This document shows, one piece after another, positions 49,211 to 61,660 of a stretch of 64,000 bases of DNA. The DNA is taken from positions 7,936,001 to 8,000,000 of the forward strand of contig NC_090334.1 of NCBI RefSeq assembly GCF_035084215.1, written 5' to 3'. Every line of letters begins with the position of its first letter. Position 1 is the stretch's first letter. Below the pieces are notes generated by a model. It ran no database searches. It was not told the DNA's origin and saw nothing but the letters and a program-made list of their open reading frames with translations. Origin of the DNA: Heptranchias perlo. Taxonomy: Eukaryota. The translations under genes and the position numbers were made by a program.

Positions 49211-49704
49211 ACAATCTGAATCCTTTTTTGAAGGCTATCTCTATTGTAAATCTTTGTAATTATTGACTTTTAAATGGAAGTAGCACCTGTGGGTATTTTC
49301 CCTGCCTCTCCGCGGGGAAGCAGCTAACCTGTGCCCAGCCGCACTGACAGAGATGGAGAGCTCAGGACCAGCACCAGTTTGAGAATCAGAGCGAGCTCCT
49401 GGACCAGCAACTCGTTCCCAATCAATGGGCTGAAACCGAGGGAATCCCCTGTTGTTCTGTGGGACAGCACCACCATGTGGTGAGAGGTGGGTTCACAGCC
49501 GGGATTCCGACAGGGTGAATTCTGGGTACTCCCCGGGGTACCAGGGAGGTCCTGATAGAAAAGAAATCACTGGTTGGAGCGCAGGAGGCGGGAATTGGAC
49601 CCGGCCTCCTGTCAAACAGCTATTTCTTTTTGCAAATTTGGACATTTTAAATTGCAAATCCTTACATTCTTATGCTGATGTTAACAGAGAGTGCTGCCCA
49701 CTCT

Positions 49705-50593
49705 CTCAGCCCGACCCCTCCTGCTCTCTCTCTGACCCCTCAGTAACCCAAACCCATCCCCTCCTGCTGTCCGTGACCCTCGGTAACCCCAATAACCCCG
49801 TCTGTTCTCTCTGTGACCCCTCAGTAACCCCAGTAGCCCCTGCTGCTCTCTCTCTGACCCCTTGGTAACCCCAGTAACCCCGCCTGCTCTCTCTGTGACC
49901 CCTCAGTAACCCCTTCTGCACTCTCTGTGACCCCTCAGTAACCCAGTAACCCCGCCTGCTCTCTCTGTGACCCCTCAGTAACCCCAGTAACCCGCCTGCT
50001 CTCTCTGTGACCCCTCAGTAACCCCTCCTGCTTGCTCTGTGACCCCTCGGTAACCCCAGTAACCCCTCCTGCTCTCTCTGTGACCCCTCGGTAACCCCAG
50101 TAACCCCTCCTGCTCTCTCTGTGACCCCTCAGTAACCCCTTCTGCACTCTCTGTGACCCCTCAGTAACCCAGTAACCCCTGCTGCTCTCTCTGTGACCCC
50201 TTGGTAACCCCAGTGACCCCTCCTGCTCTCTCTGTGACCCCTCAGTAACCCCAGTAACCCCTGCTGCTCTCTCTGTGACCCCTCAGTAACCCCAGTAACC
50301 CCTGCTGCTCTCTCTCTGACCCCTTGGTAACCCCAGTAACCCCGCCTGCTCTCTCTGTGACCCCTCAGTAACCCCAGTAACCCGCCTGCTCTCTCTGTGA
50401 CCCCTCAGTAACCCCTCCTGCTTGCTCTGTGACCCCTCGGTAACCCCAGTAACCCCTCCTGCTCTCTCTGTGACCCCCTCGGTAACCCCAGTAACCCCTC
50501 CTGCTCTCTCTGTGACCCCTCGGTAACCCCAGTAACCCCTCCTGCTCTCTCTGTGACCCCTCGGTAACCCCAGTAACCCCTGCTGCTCTCTCT
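49705..50593. repeat. C-rich minisatellite with mixed ~30/39-bp units
   Basis: ctctctgtgacccctcagtaacccc(agtaacccc)tcctg variants. Confidence 0.95.
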
Positions 50594-50964
50594 TGGATCC
50601 TTGCTGCCACTTGTAATTGTTGGTGGGTCATACACGGGTGACCTTCCTGTGCCTGAAGTGATGTAAATTATGGTGGGGGGGGGGTGGATGACGAGAGGGA
50701 ACACGTCAGGAACGTGATGTGAAACCCACCCTGTCATCTTAACCCCCACCAGCACCGGTCCTGTCAGGTTGGAGGTGGGGGGAGAGGGTGGGGGATTTAC
50801 AATCGGCCCTCTAAAACCTTCAAAGATCCAGGAAGAACCAAAAACAAAGAAACCTTCATTTTTCCATTAATGCGGGAATCCAGCATCATCTAACGGGATT
50901 GGCCATTAAAGCTACAAAGACGAGATATTTAGTTGTGGAACCAGAACTCAAAATATTACATAAA

Positions 50965-51290
50965 ATTACATCGAATGTACAGCACAGAAACAGCCAACAG
51001 CTCCACCCGGGCCTCTGCCCTCCCTCTTCATCTCACCCTATCAGCATATCCTTATATCCTTCTATTCCTTTCTCCTTCATGGGTTTATCCAGCTTCCCCT
51101 TAAAGACATCTATGCTAGTCACCTCAACCACTCCTTGTGGTAGCAGGTTCCACATACTGACCAATCTCTGGGTAAAGAAGTTTCTCCTGAATTCCCTATT
51201 GGATTTAGTAGTGACTATCTCATATTTTTGACCCCTAGTTCTGGTCTCCCCCAGAAGCGGAAACATTTTCTCTACATTTCCCTATTAAAC
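50965..51290 (-). mobile_element. CR1 3' fragment
   Basis: MFPLLGETRTRG..FRRNFFTQRLVSMWNLLP on -. Confidence 0.88.
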
Positions 51291-51739
51291 TTTCACAACT
51301 AGCAAACAGCCATTTTAATGTGCAACAAGATTCCAAAACCTCATTCCTGTCTGACATCACTCTTTACCAAACATCTTACAACCAAAACATCTGGACACTC
51401 AAATTCCTTCCTTCCTCCAGTACCAGATTTCACACTACACGCGAGTGTCAGTGACCTCATCGACTGATTAACACTTTAAAATGAGCTCTCTAAAAAATAA
51501 AAGCAGCTCAATTTTGAGAAACCAGCATGTCACAGAAATCACAGAAGGAATTCTCACTCCCTCCACTCAGCACAAACCGGGTGAAAAGGGCATTAAAATC
51601 CAATCGTTACACTTCCCACTCCTTTACTGCCCTGCGGCTGTTTTAACGCCGCTGATTGAGGAGCCCGCGTGATTCAGGCAGAAGCCTCCTGGATACATGT
51701 AAATCGGGGTCCTGTAACGGACAATCTCCTCATTGGTAC

Positions 51740-52385
51740 ATCATTGACCAGAAACTCAACTGGACCAGTCACATAAATGCCGTAGCTACTAGAGGTCAGA
51801 GGCTGGGTATTCTGCAGCAAATGGCTCACCTGCTGATTCTCCACCATCTACAAGGCACAAGTCAGGAGTGTGATGGAATACTCTCCACTTGCCTGGATGA
51901 GTGCAGCTCCAACAACACTCAAGAAACTCAACACCATCCAAGACAAAGCAGCCCGCTTGATTGGCACCTCATCCACCACCCTAAACATTCACTCCCTTCA
52001 CCACCGGCGCACTGTGGCTGCAGTGTGTACCATCCACAGGATGCACTGCAGCAACTCGCCAAGGCTTCTTCGACAGCACCTCCCAAACCCACGACCTCTA
52101 CCACCTGGAAGGACAAGAGCAGCAGGTACATGGGAACAACACCACCTGCACGTTCCCCTCCAAGTCACACACCATCCCGACTTGGAAATATATCGCCGTT
52201 CCTTCATCGTCGCTGGGTCAAAATCCTGGAACTCTCTTCCTAACAGCACTATGGGAGAACCTTCACCACACGGACTGCAGCGGTTCAAGAAGGCGGCTCA
52301 CTACCACCTTCTCGAGGGCAATTAGGGATGGGCAATAAATGCTGGCCTTGCCAGTGTCGCCAACATCCCAAGAATGAAAATATAA
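51740..52385 (+). mobile_element. 3' fragment of the second LINE family
   Basis: IDQKLNWTSHIN, MEYSPLAW, KSWNSLP, gggcaataaatgctggccttgccag tail. Confidence 0.93.
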
Positions 52386-52910
52386 AACAATCTGCTATTT
52401 TAAAATATGTAGTGATGTCGGCCACAGCCAGCTCCCTTCCGAATGATCGCAGCGAATCCGCACTCACTACACCAGCTGGCAGCTTGTTCCATCGATCGAC
52501 TGGGAGAGCCCTGGAAACTTCTCAACAAATGGGCTAACTCTCCATTCAATGGAGAGATGAATTTGATATGAACATATGAAGCATTGGTACAATAATAATA
52601 TTACACAGTGTAATTTTCAGGCTGATTGTAACTAACTTTCATCCTCAACTTTCATCAACAAAATGCTCCTTTCATTTTTCTTTTTACATAGAATTTATAG
52701 CACAGAAACAGGCCATTCGGTCCAACTGGTTTATGCCGGTACTTCCCCTGAAATGCACTATGCTATTCGCCTCAACTACTCCATGTGGTAGCGAGTTCCA
52801 CATTTTAAGTTTGACTTTTACCTGGATTATATTGCTGAAAAAAATTTGTGAAAAGTTTCTAAGGACTGTAAGAAAAAGAGACTGTAAATGAAAAGCCCTT
52901 CATATTCTAT

Positions 52911-53424
52911 ACAATGTAGTGTGTCCATCACTCCCCGTTCTCAATGTAGTGTGTACGTCACTCCCCGTTCTCAATGTAGTGTGTACGTCACTCCCCGTTC
53001 TCAATGTAGTGTGTACGTCACTCCCCGTTCTCAATGTAGTGTGTACGTCACTCCCAGTTCTCAATGTAGTGTGTACGTCACTCCCCGTTCTCAATGTAGT
53101 GTGTACGTCACTCCCCGTTCTCAATGTAGTGTGTACGTCACTCCCCGTTCTCAATGTAGTGTGTACGTCACTCCCCGTTCTCAATGTAGTGTGTACGTCA
53201 CTCCCAGTTCTCAATGTAGTGTGTACGTCACTCCCCGTTCTCAATGTAGTGTGTACGTCACTCCCCGTTCTCAATGTAGTGTGTACGTCACTCCCCGTTC
53301 TCAATGTAGTGTGTACGTCACTCCCCGTTCTCAATGTAGTGTGTACGTCACTCCCCGTTCTCAATGTAGTGTGTACATCACTCCCAGTTCCCAATGTAGT
53401 GTGTACGTCACTCCCCGTTCTCAA
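52911..53424. repeat. Highly homogeneous 30-bp minisatellite, about 17 copies
   Basis: Unit caatgtagtgtgtacgtcactccccgttct. Confidence 0.98.
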
Positions 53425-53667
53425 ATTGTCATTTTGTGCCTATGGTGAATTGCCCCAAAACTGCCTCCTGTATTTAGAAACATGCCTGGAGATTGTTACT
53501 TTTTGTCAGACTTCCCAGTAATTGATTCTATTCCCTGCACAAATCATGCCCTAAGCAAAGTTAAGCAGCTCCCGTGCCTCGATTCGTCTCAACTCCCATA
53601 TTTCTTTTCTGAGCGACTGTAGGAATCCCAGTGTAGAGTCTCGTTCAGTGTGAGCACACAGCAAAAA

Positions 53668-54620
53668 ATCAGGAGCGGAGAATCAGGAGAGGAGGATCGG
53701 GAGCGGAGGATCGGGAGTGGAGAATCAGGAGCGGAGAATCAGGATCAGGAGCGGAGGATCGGGAGCGGAGGATCAGGAGCGGAGAATGAGGAGCGGAGGA
53801 TCCGGAGCGGAGGATCAGGAGTGGAGGATCAGGATCAGGAGCGGAGGATCGGGAGCGGAGGATCAGGAGAGGAGGATCAGGAGCGGAGGATCAGGAGCGG
53901 AGAATCAGGAGCAGAGGATCCGGAGCGGAGGATCGGGAGCGGAGGATCAGGAGCAGAACGGGAGTGGAGAATCAGGAGAGGAGGATCAGGAGCGGAGAAT
54001 CAGGAGCGGAGAATCAGGAGCGGAGAATCAGGAGCGGAGGATCAGGAGCGGAGGATCAGGAGAGGAGGATCAGGAGCGGAGAATCAGGAGCAGAACGGGA
54101 GTGGAGAATCAGGAGAGGAGGATCAGGAGCGGAGGATCAGGAGCAGAACGGGAGTGGAGAATCAGGAGAGGAGGATCAGGATCAGGAGCGGAGGATCGGG
54201 AGCGGAGGATCAGGAGCGGAGGATCGGGAGCGGAGGATCGGGAGCGGAGGATCGGGAGCGGAGGATCAGGATCAGGAGCGGAGGATCAGGAGCGGAGGAT
54301 CGGGATCAGGAGCGGAGGATCAGGAGCGGAGGATCAGGATCAGGAGCGGAGGATCGGGAGCGGAGGATCGGGATCAGGAGCGGAGGATCGGGAGCGGAGG
54401 ATCGGGATCAGGAGCGGAGGATCGGGATCGGGAGCGGAGGATCGGGAGCGGAGGATCAGGATCAGGAGCGGAGGATCGGGAGCGGAGGATCCGGAGCGGA
54501 GGATCAGGAGCGGAGGATCAGGATCAGGAGCGGAGGATCGGGAGCGGAGGATCCGGAGCGGAGGATCCGGAGCGGAGGATCAGGATCGGGAGCGGAGGAT
54601 CCGGAGCGGAGGATCAGGAT
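53668..54620. repeat. Purine/G-rich low-complexity satellite built on ~14-bp ggagcggaggatca units
   Basis: Read directly; ORFs in all three + frames are repeat translations. Confidence 0.97.
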
Positions 54621-54691
54621 CTCTGCAAACTGTGTGCGGTGACCTCTGAGCCAGATTCTCTTAAGCCAAATTTAACCCTGTATTCCACTAG

Positions 54692-55042
54692 AACTTGAGC
54701 ACAAAATCCAGGCAGCCACTTCAATGCAAGGACTAAGGGAGTTCTGCACTGTCGGAGGTGCCGTCTTTCGGATGAGACATTAAACCAAGGCCCCGTCTGC
54801 CCTCCCACGGCAATATTCGAAGAAGAGCAGGGGAGATCTCCCCGGTGTACTGGACAATTTCAACCAATATAACTGAAACAGATTATCTGGTTATTATCAC
54901 ATTGCTGTTTGTTGGATCTTGCTGTGCGCAAATTGGCTGCCGTATTTCCTACATTACAACAGTGACTACACTTCAAAAAGTACTCCATTGGTTAGTAAAG
55001 TGCTTTGGGACGTCTTGAGGTTGTGAAAGGGATGACAGAAAT
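54692..55042 (+). mobile_element. DeuSINE (SacSINE1-like), 5'-truncated
   Basis: Family body and tail. Confidence 0.85.
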
Positions 55043-55442
55043 ACAGACTCTTTCTTTCTTTCGGCGCCGATTATCTGACAGATTATTTGTGTACAAAGTT
55101 TTACAGGAAAAGTCACCTCATGGTACCAATGTCTCCTGTCTGACTGAAATTAACTTCACAACCCAAGAAGGGTTAAATTCAATTTGTATTGTGCTTATGT
55201 TCATTCCCAAACCCAGGTTTTTGCTTTACTAACATGTAAGATCAACATTTGGGGACTCCCGATTATTCGCTATTCACCATTATCAATTAGGGGGACAGTT
55301 CTCTCTATTATCACAAACTGAAGTAGGAACCGCCATTGAATATCATCCATCATTAAAGTTGTAGTCATCACTTTTATCAATGCTTCGCTCAGTCTCCTGA
55401 AATCTCCTGTACCCACATACTGCAGAGTTGTTTACTGAGTGA

Positions 55443-55740
55443 GGTGTCAGCCATGGCTCAGTGGTCGCACTCTTGCCTCTAAGTCAGAAAGTTGTGGGTT
55501 TAAGTCTCACTTCAGAGGCTTGAGCAGGAAATCCAGGCTGACACTTCGGTGCTGTACTGAGAGAGTGCTGCACTGTCGGAGAATCCGTCCTTCGGATGAG
55601 ATGTCACTTGGATGTAAAAGATCCCACAGTGCTAGTCAAAGAAGAGCAGGGGAGTTCTCCCCGGTGCCCTGGCCAATATTTATCCCTCAACCAACACCAA
55701 AAACAGATGATCTGGACATTGATTTCATTGCTGTTTATGG
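55443..55740 (+). mobile_element. DeuSINE (SacSINE1-like), 3'-truncated
   Basis: gtgtcagccatggctcagtgg head plus body. Confidence 0.85.
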
Positions 55741-56577
55741 GGGGAAAGAAAAATATCAGGGTGAATTGGGAAGAGGGTCTCTGTCCCTGTTACAACTTAG
55801 AAATGATTTTACAATCAGATTTGGCAAAGAGAGAAGCAATATATACCCACAATGCTTACAAACCCCTACAATTTTTGCTCTAATTCTCCGCTGTACAAAT
55901 AATGGATTATTGGGTTAACCTGCGGCTTAAGTTATGACAAGTCAGTTCTCCCCGGCACTTTCAGTGTAATTACTTGTCATAGGCCAATATTCAGGGCTCT
56001 TTTTGAGTGATCAGGTTTGTCTGGGTTCTGTCAGCGGTTTTGCAGTGAGGTTCCATATTGATCATCACAATCTTCATGAGATTCACACTCTCGGGAATCC
56101 AGTCAATCGAAGTTCCTCAGTTCAGTATTTTATTATTACGTGTACTTCGACTCCAAGCCCTTTGCTTCCTTGGAAAGCAGGAATTGTATATTATTTCCCC
56201 AAATGTGGTGGTGTATTTTCTGGGGGCTGGATAAAACACAGCAATCTTTTTTTGACTGTAATTTCAATGTTCTGATTCTTGCAACAGAATTCCCAATCTT
56301 CCAATTTTTTTATTTGAAACCAGTAGTTCTCCCAAATTAACGATTTCTTTTTGCGGGGCGGGGGGCGGGGTGAGGGGATTGGGGAAACGAAGCAATGCTT
56401 TTTGATCGCTAATTTTCATTCTTCAATTCTCTCTCACAACAAACTACATACATATTAAAGCTCAGGATTGGCCAGAATACCTGCAGCACAGGGGAAAAAA
56501 AGCAAGACTTGCATTTCTATAGCGCCTTTCACAACCTCAGGATGTCCTGAAATGCTTTGCAACCAATGAAGTGTAGC

Positions 56578-57485
56578 CATGATGTGGAGATGCCGGTGAT
56601 GGACTGGGGTTGACAATTGTAAACAATTTTACAACACCAAGTTATAGTCCAACGATTTTATTTGAAATTTACAAGCTTTCGGAGGCTTCCTCCTTCCTCA
56701 GGTAAATGTCAGGAACTCCTCGAAGCCTACGCATTTATAAATCACAGAACAATACATGGTGATTACAGATAGTGTTTGCAACTGCCCGTTGCCAAGGCAA
56801 TCACTGTGTTCAGACAGAGAGGTGTTACCTACAGAGCCCCCGAATATACAGTCAACAAAAAAAAAAAAGAGAGAGAGAGAGGCAGAAACATCCGGAAGGC
56901 AGAGAAAGCCAGCAAATGACCCGTTATATTAAAAACAGATAGCTTTTGTTCGCTGGTGGGGTTACGTGTAGCGTGACATGAACCCAAGATCCCGGTTGAG
57001 GCCGTCCTCATGGGTGCGGAACCACACCTCACCACACAACCCTGCCACGGTAACCTCTGCAAGACATGCCAGATCATCGACACAGATACCACCATCACAC
57101 GAGAGGACACCACCCACCAGGTGCACGGTTCATACTCCTGTGACTTGGCCAACGTTGTCTACCTCACACGTTGCAGGAAAGGATGCCCCAGAGCATGGTA
57201 CATTGGCGAGACCATGCAAACGCTGCGACAACGGATGAACGGACACCGCGCAACAATCGCCAGACAGGAGGTTTCCCTCCCAGTCGGGGAACACTTCAGC
57301 AGTCAGGGACATTCAGCCACTGACCTTCGGGTAAGCGTACTCCAAGGCGGCCTTCGAGACACACGACAACGCAAAATCGTCGAGCAGAAATTGATAGCCA
57401 AGTTCCGCACCCATGAGGACGGCCTCAACCGGGAAGTTGGGTTCATGTCACGCTACACGTAAGCCCACCAGCGAACAAAAGCTAT
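56578..57485. mobile_element. Penelope-like element: inverted pLTR (-, 56578-57022) plus GIY-YIG endonuclease C-terminus (+, ~57023-57462)
   Basis: ORF PCHGNLCKTC...NVVYLTRC..CPRAWYIGET..LRQRMNGH...EQKLI..F.T...GLN; 84-bp inverted repeat 56939-57022 / 57402-57485. Confidence 0.92.
56667..56707 (-). ncRNA. Candidate minimal type-I hammerhead ribozyme
   Basis: atttac-CTGAGGA-a-ggagg(aag)cctcc-GAAA-gc-TT-gtaaat. Confidence 0.72.
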
Positions 57486-58464
57486 GTGATAATGACCAGT
57501 TTTAGTGAGGTTGGTTGAGGGATGAATATTGGCCAGAACACCTGGGGGGAACACCTGTGCTCTTCTTCAAAATAGTGCCATGGGATCTTTCACATCCACC
57601 AAAGAGGGCAGACGGGGCCTCGGTTTAACATCTCATCCTAAAGACAACACCTCCACCAGTGCAGGACTCCCTCAGTACTGGGCTGAAATGCTCGCCTAGA
57701 TTTTGTGTTCAAGTCTCTGGAGTGGGATTTGAACCCACAACATTCTGACATCAGCAGTGAGAGCGCCACCCACTGAGCCAAGTTGGTAAGGACACCATGA
57801 AATAAATCATGACATTTCTGGCTCAACATTCAGCTACCTGCAACTTCAAAGCCCTTTAAAGACGAGGAACGGCTGAACGGACTAACCATTCAGTTCCTGT
57901 TTTATGTGAGCACTGAGTTCCAGCTGCACTGTTCAAGTACTAAGACCACATTTTTGAGCACAGACCTCAGTGATTTTATTTTAGCTTTTGATGAGCTAGT
58001 GCTACAGGTGATTCCCTGCTGCTTTATCGCACCACAGTGGGCATACACCAAGACCCGGTGCCTGATAATATACAAGAGTGATTGGGTCAGCCTTACCGTG
58101 GGATTGCAAAGACTCTTTCTTGATCCATGGCCAGGAATCCTCTCAGGTCTTGTCTGATCAACAAGTGGACAGCACAATGTGTGTTGGTCTCTCTGGTGGA
58201 TTTGTGATCCATTCTTTGTGTAAACTTGACAAAATCCCAACAGCAACACAACCACAAACTACCCTGTAAAGAAGGAGGTTCCCATACCTTTGCTTTGAGA
58301 AAGAAGCAACTTTTGTGGTGAAATCACTGGTGCCCAGTCCAAATAAACCCTCAGAGTGTGTGCATCGTCATTGTAACATCCGCACCTCTCCCCCATCCAG
58401 CTCCTCACTAATATCAGTCCTTTCAAATAATGCAAATCCATTTAAAGGAAGGCTGCAGGATTGG

Positions 58465-58863
58465 ACCAGGATGGTTGCACTCCAGAGGCTTGAGCACGTA
58501 ATCTAGGCTGACACGCCAGTGCAGTACTGAGGGCGTGCTGTACTGCCAGAGGTGCCGTCTTTTGGGTGAGATGTAAACTGAGGCCCCGTCTGCCCTCTCA
58601 GGTGGACATAAATAATCCCATAACACTATTCAAAGAAAAGCAACGGATTCCTCCTGCTGTCCTGGCCAACATTTATCCCTCAACTAACCTCAACGAACTA
58701 TAAAAGAAACAGATTATCTGTTTGTGGGAGCTTGCTGTGTACAAATTGACTGCTGCGTCTCCTACACTTACAACAGTGACTATACTTCAAAAGTATTTCA
58801 TTGGCTGCACAGCGCTTTGGGACGTCCTGAGGTTGTGAAAGGCCCCATATAAATGCAAGTTTT
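58465..58863 (+). mobile_element. DeuSINE (SacSINE1-like)
   Basis: Family body; tail atataaatgcaagt. Confidence 0.85.
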
Positions 58864-59325
58864 TCCATATTTATTCTGCTGCTAAAGTGCATCTATATGT
58901 AACAGTGTCTCTAGTTAAGGCCACAAAGTGTATTTGCTGTATTTACTTAAGGTCAAGTAGAGGTTAGTTGCTTTCAGCAGATCTTGAGGCCAGAAAGGTT
59001 GTTGTAGCTTTATACACTTAAAAAGAAGTGTGACCCCTGAATTTAGTTGGAAGTTAATTTCTTTTTCCCGGGAGATTGGAAATGCCTGGATTTTTAAAAA
59101 AAGATTGTTTTGTATCACTAACATAGTATAACACTTTGGAGTGTGACAGAACTCACCAGATATCAAGACTTAGTACTAGCAGATCTCCCATTGCTGGTGG
59201 TAAATCAGATCACATGCTGTTTAAATACAAGAGGATGACACCATGTAATGGCCAATGTATTATTCTGCTGCTGAAGGGCAGCTGTGTGCAACTTTCCGTG
59301 TCCCTTTACAGTAGGTGTATATTTG

Positions 59326-59676
59326 GGGTACGGTGGTATAGCGATTCTGTTACTGGCCTAGTAATCCCAAGGCCTAGACTAATAATGCAGAGAATATGAG
59401 TTCAAATCCCACCATGGCAGTTTGAGAATTTGAATTCAGTTAAAAAAATCTGGAAATAACAAAAAAGCTGGTCTCAGTAAAAGTGACCATGAAGCTGTCG
59501 GATTGTCATAAAAAACCAACTGGTTCACTAATGCCCTTTAGGGAAGGAAACCTGCCGTCCTTACCCGGTCTGGCCTAGATGTGACTCCACATAACATGTT
59601 GACCTTTAATTCCCTCTGAATGGATGAGTGAGCCACTCAATTAAAGAAGAAGGGCCATCACCACCATCTGCTCAAG
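59326..59676 (+). mobile_element. tRNA-headed short element sharing ends with the 5797-9012 LINE
   Basis: Colinear with the reverse complement of ~8685-9007, then joined to LINE-3'-like caccaccatctgctcaag. Confidence 0.78.
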
Positions 59677-60052
59677 ACTTAACAGAGGTGTTTATAATTA
59701 CGAGGGGTTTTGACAGAGTAAATAGGGAGAAACTGTTTCCACTAGCAGGGGGGTCAGTAACCAGAGGAGATCGATTTATGATAATTGGGAAAAGAACCAG
59801 AGGCGAGATGTGGAGAAATTTTTTTACGCAGCAAGTTGTTCTGATCTGGAATGCGCTGCCTGAAAGGGCGGTGGAAGCAGATTCAATTGTAACTTTCAAA
59901 AGGGAATTGGATAAATACTTAAAAAGGAAAAACTTGCAGGGCTATGGGGAAAGAGCTGGGAGTGGGATTAATTGGAGAGCTCTTTCAAAGAGCTGACACA
60001 AGCATGATGGGCTGAATGGTTCTCCTTCCATGCTGTAAGATTCTATGATTCG
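59677..60052 (+). mobile_element. CR1 3' fragment
   Basis: EKLFPLAGGSVTRG..IWNALPE; tail. Confidence 0.92.
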
Positions 60053-61074
60053 TTGACCTATCTGATAGATTTTGAGGATTTATAGACTGTCAAACCTTTG
60101 GAATTTGGGGGCCAACATTTTTGGAAAGGTGACAATTTAAACAAATACAAATACCCTCTAACAGGAAAACGGCAGTTAATCTAAGTCTGAAAGAGCAGAG
60201 GATATATAGGAAATAACCTTTTTAAAAATAAACAACAATTGATAAGATGTAGAAAAGCCAGGATTCCTCGCAGTATCCCCAGCAATAGCCCAGCTTTATT
60301 CCTCGAGGATTCCATTCCGTGCAGCTCTCGTCCTTTGCATCAAAGAGGTGTAATTAATTGGATAACACTTCAACAAACTGACTAATAGTTTCCCTCATAG
60401 TCAGCTTTGTGCCGTTTGTCATTCCAGTGAGTAACAGTTTCAACTCGGCCTGTGCTTTCTGCAAGTAACCCAAAAGGTTGAACTGAGATCGGTGGCACCT
60501 CATTAGAGACACAATATCCCTTCTTGTTTGCCAATGCTAACTAGTTGAAATATTTCAACTCTCAGGCCTCTGCTTAGCACATTTTGTGTGCGCAGCATTT
60601 GTTGAAAATATTATGTTACATAGAGGAGATAAAGAGAAAAGAGGGGGATATATAGCTCAGTGGATGAGTGTCATACTGAGTTATATAGAATAGAAAACCC
60701 CAGCTTCGAATCCTGGTTTCTGCTGAGGTAATTGATCTCACTTAGGCTGCCAATAGGAGTAAATACACTTAACCTCAGGGCGGAGGAGTTAACCAGAGCT
60801 CCCATGTCTGATCGGCACCGAGTGACCCCTCCTGGAAAGTGCATGTGAGAGCATGGTGGCACGCTCAGCTACGACACCTTGGAACAGCCAAATATTCAGC
60901 TGACACCCGCTGTGCGTGATGAGTGAGGTACGCAGACAATGTATGGGAAAGGAACTGAACCGCAGCAAGAACAGAAACATCAAGACAGGAAGGGTCGAGA
61001 GAGGAAAACAGATCTCATTCTTCTCCCAAAACAAAAGAAAATCGCAACAGGGGGTCAATCACAAAACAAGAGTT

Positions 61075-61660
61075 CTCCTGAACTCTCAAAACTTGTATAC
61101 AACCTTGGTTAGACTACACTTGATGTACTGTGCACAGTTCTGGTCTGAATATTACAAAAGGGATATAGAGGCACTGGAGAAGGTGCAAAAAAAGATTTAC
61201 AAGATGATCCCAGAACTGAGGGGTTATGACTATCACCAAAGACTGAACAAGCTGGGGGTCTTTTCTCTAGATAAAAGGAGACTGAGGGGTAGCCTAATAG
61301 AGGTCTTTAAAATTATGAAGGGCTTGATAGGGTAGTCAGAGTGAAGATGTTTTCACTTGTGGGGGAGTCCAAAAGTAGATGCCATAAATATAAGAGAGTC
61401 ACTAATAAATCCAAGAAGAAACTTCTTTACCCAGAGTATTAGAATGTGGAACTTGCTACCACAAGGAGTGGTTGAGGTGAATAGTACAGATGCCTTTAAG
61501 GGGAGGCTAGATAAACACATGAGGGAGAAAGGAATAGAAGGATTTGCAGATAGGGTGAGATGAAGTAGGGAGGGAGGATACTCATGTAGAGCATAAACAC
61601 CAGCAGGGACCGGTTGGGCCGAATGGCCTGAATATATGTTGTACATTCTATGTAATTCAT
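61075..61660 (+). mobile_element. CR1 3' portion
   Basis: LYTTLVRLHLMYCAQFWS..ALEKVQK; MWNLLPQGVV. Confidence 0.9.

Larger units (their letters stand above)
56503..57783 (-). mobile_element. DeuSINE split by a Penelope insertion (halves ~56503-56577 and ~57486-57783)
   Basis: Tail on the left, body and head on the right of the Penelope element. Confidence 0.8.

Noticed and set aside
52911-53424. CRISPR-like appearance and repetitive ORFs of the 30-bp array
   Set aside because: Head-to-tail units with no unique spacers, no cas genes, and a vertebrate context.
53650-54698. Three overlapping 244-330 aa R/S/G/E-rich ORFs
   Set aside because: Translations of a stop-free satellite, open in all plus frames.
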